Source: Thermodesulfobacteriota bacterium
GTDB taxonomy: Bacteria; Desulfobacterota; Binatia; Bin18
Assembly (NCBI GenBank): GCA_964291405.2
Contig: OZ219926.1
Span: forward strand, 1,696,001 to 1,760,000
DNA length: 64,000 nucleotides
Reading direction: 5' to 3'
Shown: positions 60,121 through 64,000 of the stretch, one piece after another
Layout: each line of letters begins with the position of its first letter
How positions within the stretch are numbered: the first letter of the stretch is position 1
Program-made: the position numbers and the translations under genes
The notes under the pieces: generated by a model
What the model saw: only the letters and a program-made list of their open reading frames with translations
Databases searched by the model: none
What the model was told of the DNA's origin: nothing

Positions 60121-61353
60121 ATGCAACACACAGCCCCCTACCCCCTATCCCCGAGCCCTCATTCCCCCCTCCAAAGGCACGCTTCCGGCCCGAGGGCGCG
60201 GACGGCACTGACCGTGGGAGTTCGGGAGCGACTCACTCGGCGACTTTTTTCTCGGCCAACTCGGAAACGCCCGACGATAGACCCCACAGCAAGTATTATT
60301 GCCACCCTGACCGGGGCCGGGGTTGCCGGTCTGATTATCCTTGGCTCAGACACCCTACGCCATTTCGATTGGGTGCTGCTGCCCTATACCATGGCGTCGA
60401 TTTTTTGTGCCGCCGCAGTGGCCTATCGCTACACCGTCTGGCTGCAACGCCCACCAACCAAACGCTATTGGTATCAAGGCTGGCGGCTCTTTTGGCAGGG
60501 CGGGGTGCTGCGCAACTCGGTCATGTTGGGCCAGCAGCTCTTTGACAATTTTGCGACCCAGCGCTTCATCGCCAACCGGAGTCGGGTGCGCTGGCTCATG
60601 CACGTCTGTCTCTCCTGGGGCGGGACGCTGGCCTTTGCGATTACGTTTCCGCTCGTCTTCGGCTGGCTGCATTTTGAGACACCGGCGGACGATCTCCACA
60701 CCTATCAGGTCATTTTTTTGGGAGTGAAAGTCCAGGAGTTTTCGGTGGACTCCATAGCCGCTTTTCTGTCTTTTAACGCACTGAATATCTCTGCCGTGCT
60801 GGTGTTGATCGGGGTAGGTCTGGCCATCCAACGTCGGCTGACTGAACCGGGGACCATCTCACTCCAGCAGTTCGGCAATGACGTGCTACCTATTCTGCTG
60901 CTGTTCCTGGTTGCGGTCACCGGGCTGGGTCTGACGGTCAGCGCACGCTGGCTTAATGGACACGGTTTCACGTTTATTGCGATTACCCACGCCGCATCGG
61001 TCATTGCCATGCTGCTGTACCTGCCCTTTGGGAAATTTTTCCACATCTTCCAGCGTCCGGCCCAGCTCGGGGTGGCGTTCTATAAACGCGCCGCCCAGGT
61101 CGACCGACAGGCCCTCTGTCATGTGTGCCAAGAGCCGTACGCCTCTCAGATGCAGATTGATGACCTGAAAGACGTGCTGAGCGAGCTGGATTTCCAGTAT
61201 CAATTTGACCCCTCGCTCCACTATCAAGACGTCTGTCCCCCCTGTCGGCGCCGTCTGCTGGCCCGGAATCAGGGCCTGACGAGGCCGTACTCGGATGACC
61301 CGTTTGCCGACACGGAAGAACCGACACCCCCAGGTGCATCGAGCGTTGCCTAG
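60121..61353 (+). CDS. NarI-like integral membrane protein with C-terminal CxxC pair (start uncertain)
   Basis: About 7 TM segments, [19 protein letters not shown]...CPPC. Confidence 0.7.
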   Translation: MQHTAPYPLSPSPHSPLQRHASGPRARTALTVGVRERLTRRLFSRPTRKRPTIDPTASIIATLTGAGVAGLIILGSDTLRHFDWVLLPYTMASIFCAAAVAYRYTVWLQRPPTKRYWYQGWRLFWQGGVLRNSVMLGQQLFDNFATQRFIANRSRVRWLMHVCLSWGGTLAFAITFPLVFGWLHFETPADDLHTYQVIFLGVKVQEFSVDSIAAFLSFNALNISAVLVLIGVGLAIQRRLTEPGTISLQQFGNDVLPILLLFLVAVTGLGLTVSARWLNGHGFTFIAITHAASVIAMLLYLPFGKFFHIFQRPAQLGVAFYKRAAQVDRQALCHVCQEPYASQMQIDDLKDVLSELDFQYQFDPSLHYQDVCPPCRRRLLARNQGLTRPYSDDPFADTEEPTPPGASSVA

Positions 61354-61363
61354 AAAGGGTTTT

Positions 61364-63541
61364 ATGGCGATCCCCCCGTTATCCGAGCAGGAACTGATTC
61401 AGCAATATGGGCCGCATCTCAATTATGAACCGCCCGGTGGTTGGCTGGCGGAGCATGAGCCCGACCGGCTCGTCAAAACGCACTGCTGTTTCTGCGGCGT
61501 CCAGTGTGGCATTCAGCTCAAAGTCCATAACGAAAAAGTGGTCGGCTTTGAGCCCTGGGAAGACTTTCCGGTCAATCAAGGCAGGCTGTGTCCCAAAGGG
61601 GTCAAGCGGTATCTCCAGAACAACCACCCGGATCGGCTGCTGCATCCCCTCATTCGGACGGACAACGGGTTTCGGGAGGCAGATTGGGACGACGCCTTGT
61701 CGCTGGTGGTCGAACACATCCAGCGTATTCAAGCCACATACGGCAAGGATGCGTTTGCGGTTTTGTCCGGGGCGTCGGTGACCAATGAAAAAGCCTATCT
61801 CATGGGTAAATTCGCCCGCGTCGCGCTCCAAACGGCCAACATCGATTACAACGGCCGTTTATGTATGGTCTCGGCCGGGGCGGCCAATAAGATGGCCTTC
61901 GGTATCGACCGGGTCGCCAATCCCTGGTCGGATATCCCGCTGACTCAGCTCGTCCTGGTCACCGGCAGTAATATCGGTGAGTGTTTTCCCATCCTGACCG
62001 ATTATCTGTGGCGCGCGCGGGATAATGGCGCCAAGTTTATTGCCATAGACCCGCGTATGACGCCGATGGCCCGCACTGCGGATTTGTTTCTGCCCGTGCG
62101 GCCTGGCCGTGACAGTGCGCTCATGAACGGCATCCTGCATGTGCTCATTGAGCAGGACTGGATTGATCACGATTTTATTGACGCCCATACCAAGGGTTTT
62201 GAATCCGTACAGAAAGCAGTGGCCGAGTACACCCCACAGATGACCGCCGGGATCAGCGGCGTTCCCGCAGCCAGTATAGTGCGTGCGGCGGAAATGTGGG
62301 CCGAAGCCGAGAAATCGATGCTGCTACACGCTCGCGGAATCGAGCATCACACCAAGGGGGTGGAGAACGTCCTGAGCTGTATTAACCTGGTCTTGGCAAC
62401 CGGCCGGATCGGGCAGCCGGGCTGCGGCTACGGGACGATTACCGGCCAGGGCAACGGCCAGGGCGGGCGTGAGCACGGACAGCGCTGCAATCAGTTGCCG
62501 GGCGGACGCGATATTGAGAACCCGCAGCACCGGGAAGAAATAGCCCGGACCTGGAAGGTCAACGAGTCTGACCTGCCCCATGTCGGCCTGACCGCGGTCG
62601 AGCTGATGGACGCCGTCAATGCCGGTCAGATCAAGGGCTTGCTGTCCTTATCCTTTAACCCGTTGGTCTCACTCCCGGATACGAAGTTGACGCGTGCTGC
62701 GCTTGAAAAGCTCGAGTTCTACGCCGCGATTGATCCGTTCATGTCAGAAACGGCCCGCTATGCGGATGTCGTGCTGGCCGGCTCCCTTCAGGAAGAAGAC
62801 GAAGGTACAGTCACAAACGGTGAAGGCCGTGTGGTGCGCATTCGTCAGGCGGTCCCACCGCCTGGGAATGCACGAGTCGATTGGGAGATTATTGTCGATA
62901 TCGCCCATCGACTCGGCAAAGAGCTGCTCTTTCCGTATGCCGAACCCGAAGACCTGTTCCGTGAATTGTGCCGGGCCTCAGCCGGCGGGCCGGTTGATTA
63001 CGCCGGCCTGAACTATGCCAAAATCGAACAGCATAACGGCGTCTTCTGGCCGTGTCCGAGCCGGGAACATCCGGGCACACCGCGCCTGTTTGAAGGCGGC
63101 GCGTTCGCCCACCCTGACGGCAAGGCCCAATTTCATCCGGTGACCTACCGCCCACCGGACGAGGATGTTGACGCGACCTATCCCATTATTATGACCAGCG
63201 GCCGGGTGGTCTCGCAGTATTTGAGCGGTACCCAGACCCGTCGGATCGGTCCCTTGGTCGATCAATATCCGGGCCCACAGATCGAGCTGCATCCCAGGCT
63301 GGCCGAACAGTATGGCATTCAGAACGGAGAGATGGTGTGTGTCGAAAGTCGGCGTTCGTCCGTGACACTGCCAGCCCTGGTCGTGCGTACGATTCGACCT
63401 GACACGATCTTTATTCCCTATCACTGGCCGGGCGAGCAGGCCGCCAATCGGGTGACCAACCGTGCGCTTGATCCTATCTCCAAGATTCCCGAGTTCAAGG
63501 TCTGTGCCGTTCGGCTGCGCAAGGTGGAGACGAGTGTCTGA
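61364..63541 (+). CDS. nasA: Molybdopterin oxidoreductase, assimilatory nitrate reductase catalytic subunit
   Basis: [13 protein letters not shown] [4Fe-4S], NGRLCM Mo-ligand loop, [11 protein letters not shown]; in operon with nirBD. Confidence 0.85.
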   Translation: MAIPPLSEQELIQQYGPHLNYEPPGGWLAEHEPDRLVKTHCCFCGVQCGIQLKVHNEKVVGFEPWEDFPVNQGRLCPKGVKRYLQNNHPDRLLHPLIRTDNGFREADWDDALSLVVEHIQRIQATYGKDAFAVLSGASVTNEKAYLMGKFARVALQTANIDYNGRLCMVSAGAANKMAFGIDRVANPWSDIPLTQLVLVTGSNIGECFPILTDYLWRARDNGAKFIAIDPRMTPMARTADLFLPVRPGRDSALMNGILHVLIEQDWIDHDFIDAHTKGFESVQKAVAEYTPQMTAGISGVPAASIVRAAEMWAEAEKSMLLHARGIEHHTKGVENVLSCINLVLATGRIGQPGCGYGTITGQGNGQGGREHGQRCNQLPGGRDIENPQHREEIARTWKVNESDLPHVGLTAVELMDAVNAGQIKGLLSLSFNPLVSLPDTKLTRAALEKLEFYAAIDPFMSETARYADVVLAGSLQEEDEGTVTNGEGRVVRIRQAVPPPGNARVDWEIIVDIAHRLGKELLFPYAEPEDLFRELCRASAGGPVDYAGLNYAKIEQHNGVFWPCPSREHPGTPRLFEGGAFAHPDGKAQFHPVTYRPPDEDVDATYPIIMTSGRVVSQYLSGTQTRRIGPLVDQYPGPQIELHPRLAEQYGIQNGEMVCVESRRSSVTLPALVVRTIRPDTIFIPYHWPGEQAANRVTNRALDPISKIPEFKVCAVRLRKVETSV

Positions 63542-63543
63542 GT

Positions 63544-64000
63544 ATGGAATTCTTTATTGACCCCTCCCGCTGTATCGGCTGTCAAGCCTGTGTTCATGCC
63601 TGCGCCGAGTGTGAGTCGCACCGGGGCGTGTCCATGATCCACCTGGATTATGTTGACCGTTCGAGCTCGCCGCAAACTACGCCCACGGTGTGTATGCACT
63701 GCGAAGACCCGACCTGCGCGCGCGTGTGTCCGGCGGATGCGATTAAGCAAACTGCAGAGGGCGTGGTCCAGTCGGCCTTACAGCCCCGCTGTATCGGCTG
63801 CTCGAACTGCGTCCTGGCCTGCCCATTTGGCGTCCCGCGCTATCTGGGTGAGATGGACCAAATGATGAAGTGCGACATGTGTTACGACCGCACCTCAGCA
63901 GACCTCAAGCCCATGTGCGCCACGGTATGTCCCAGCGGTGCGTTGTTCTTTGGCACTAAAGAAGAAATCGAGCAGAAACGCCAGGAAAAGCCCATCAACC
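63544..64000 (+). CDS. 4Fe-4S dicluster protein (DmsB/NrfC-like), runs off the window
   Basis: [48 protein letters not shown]. Confidence 0.9.
   Translation, partial: MEFFIDPSRCIGCQACVHACAECESHRGVSMIHLDYVDRSSSPQTTPTVCMHCEDPTCARVCPADAIKQTAEGVVQSALQPRCIGCSNCVLACPFGVPRYLGEMDQMMKCDMCYDRTSADLKPMCATVCPSGALFFGTKEEIEQKRQEKPIN

Noticed and set aside
61364-63541. Formate dehydrogenase or selenoprotein assignment
   Set aside because: The Mo-ligand loop is NGRLCM (Cys-Met, nitrate reductase type) rather than C/U-H, there is no in-frame TGA, and nirBD is adjacent

Overview
GC-rich bacterial chromosome segment; gene content and repeat types suggest a Deltaproteobacteria/Binatia-like lineage (inference only). 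No rRNA, tRNA or CRISPR array was seen. The left two thirds hold housekeeping and accessory genes: panE-like, VOC, ADH, TPR, pepP, PTPS, a MoxR/DUF58/VWA operon, FIST, an aminotransferase-Mur ligase fusion, CNNM, cutA, rlpA, Smr, rpe, an S1 paralog and glnE. Two accessory patches interrupt them. One is an IS630 inserted exactly at a TAG/GTG gene overlap in front of a pentapeptide-repeat gene (3.5-6.5 kb). The other is a decayed defence/mobile island (29.9-32.4 kb) with a Panacea-like antitoxin and truncated partner, a GxxExxY cassette closed by 16-bp inverted repeats, HicB, an IS630-type MITE and an internally deleted HsdR. The right third (38.3-64 kb) is a nitrogen-assimilation cluster: porin-PII-amtB, GAF kinase and sigma54 activator, antiporter-PTS IIA fusion, AlgE-type porin, PPi-type PFK, the ATP-grasp/alpha-E/transglutaminase/Anbu system, nirBD, a NarI-like membrane protein, nitrate reductase and a ferredoxin. 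Five sigma54 promoters and several NtrC-type TGC-N11-GCA boxes can be read in it. The best leads are a probable sigma54-driven small RNA (about 46658-46777), the inverted-repeat GxxExxY cassette, the aminotransferase-MurF-like fusion, the co-regulated ATP-grasp/Anbu system and a Pro-Pro leader peptide upstream of the CNNM gene. Family assignments come from motifs recognised by eye, not from database searches.
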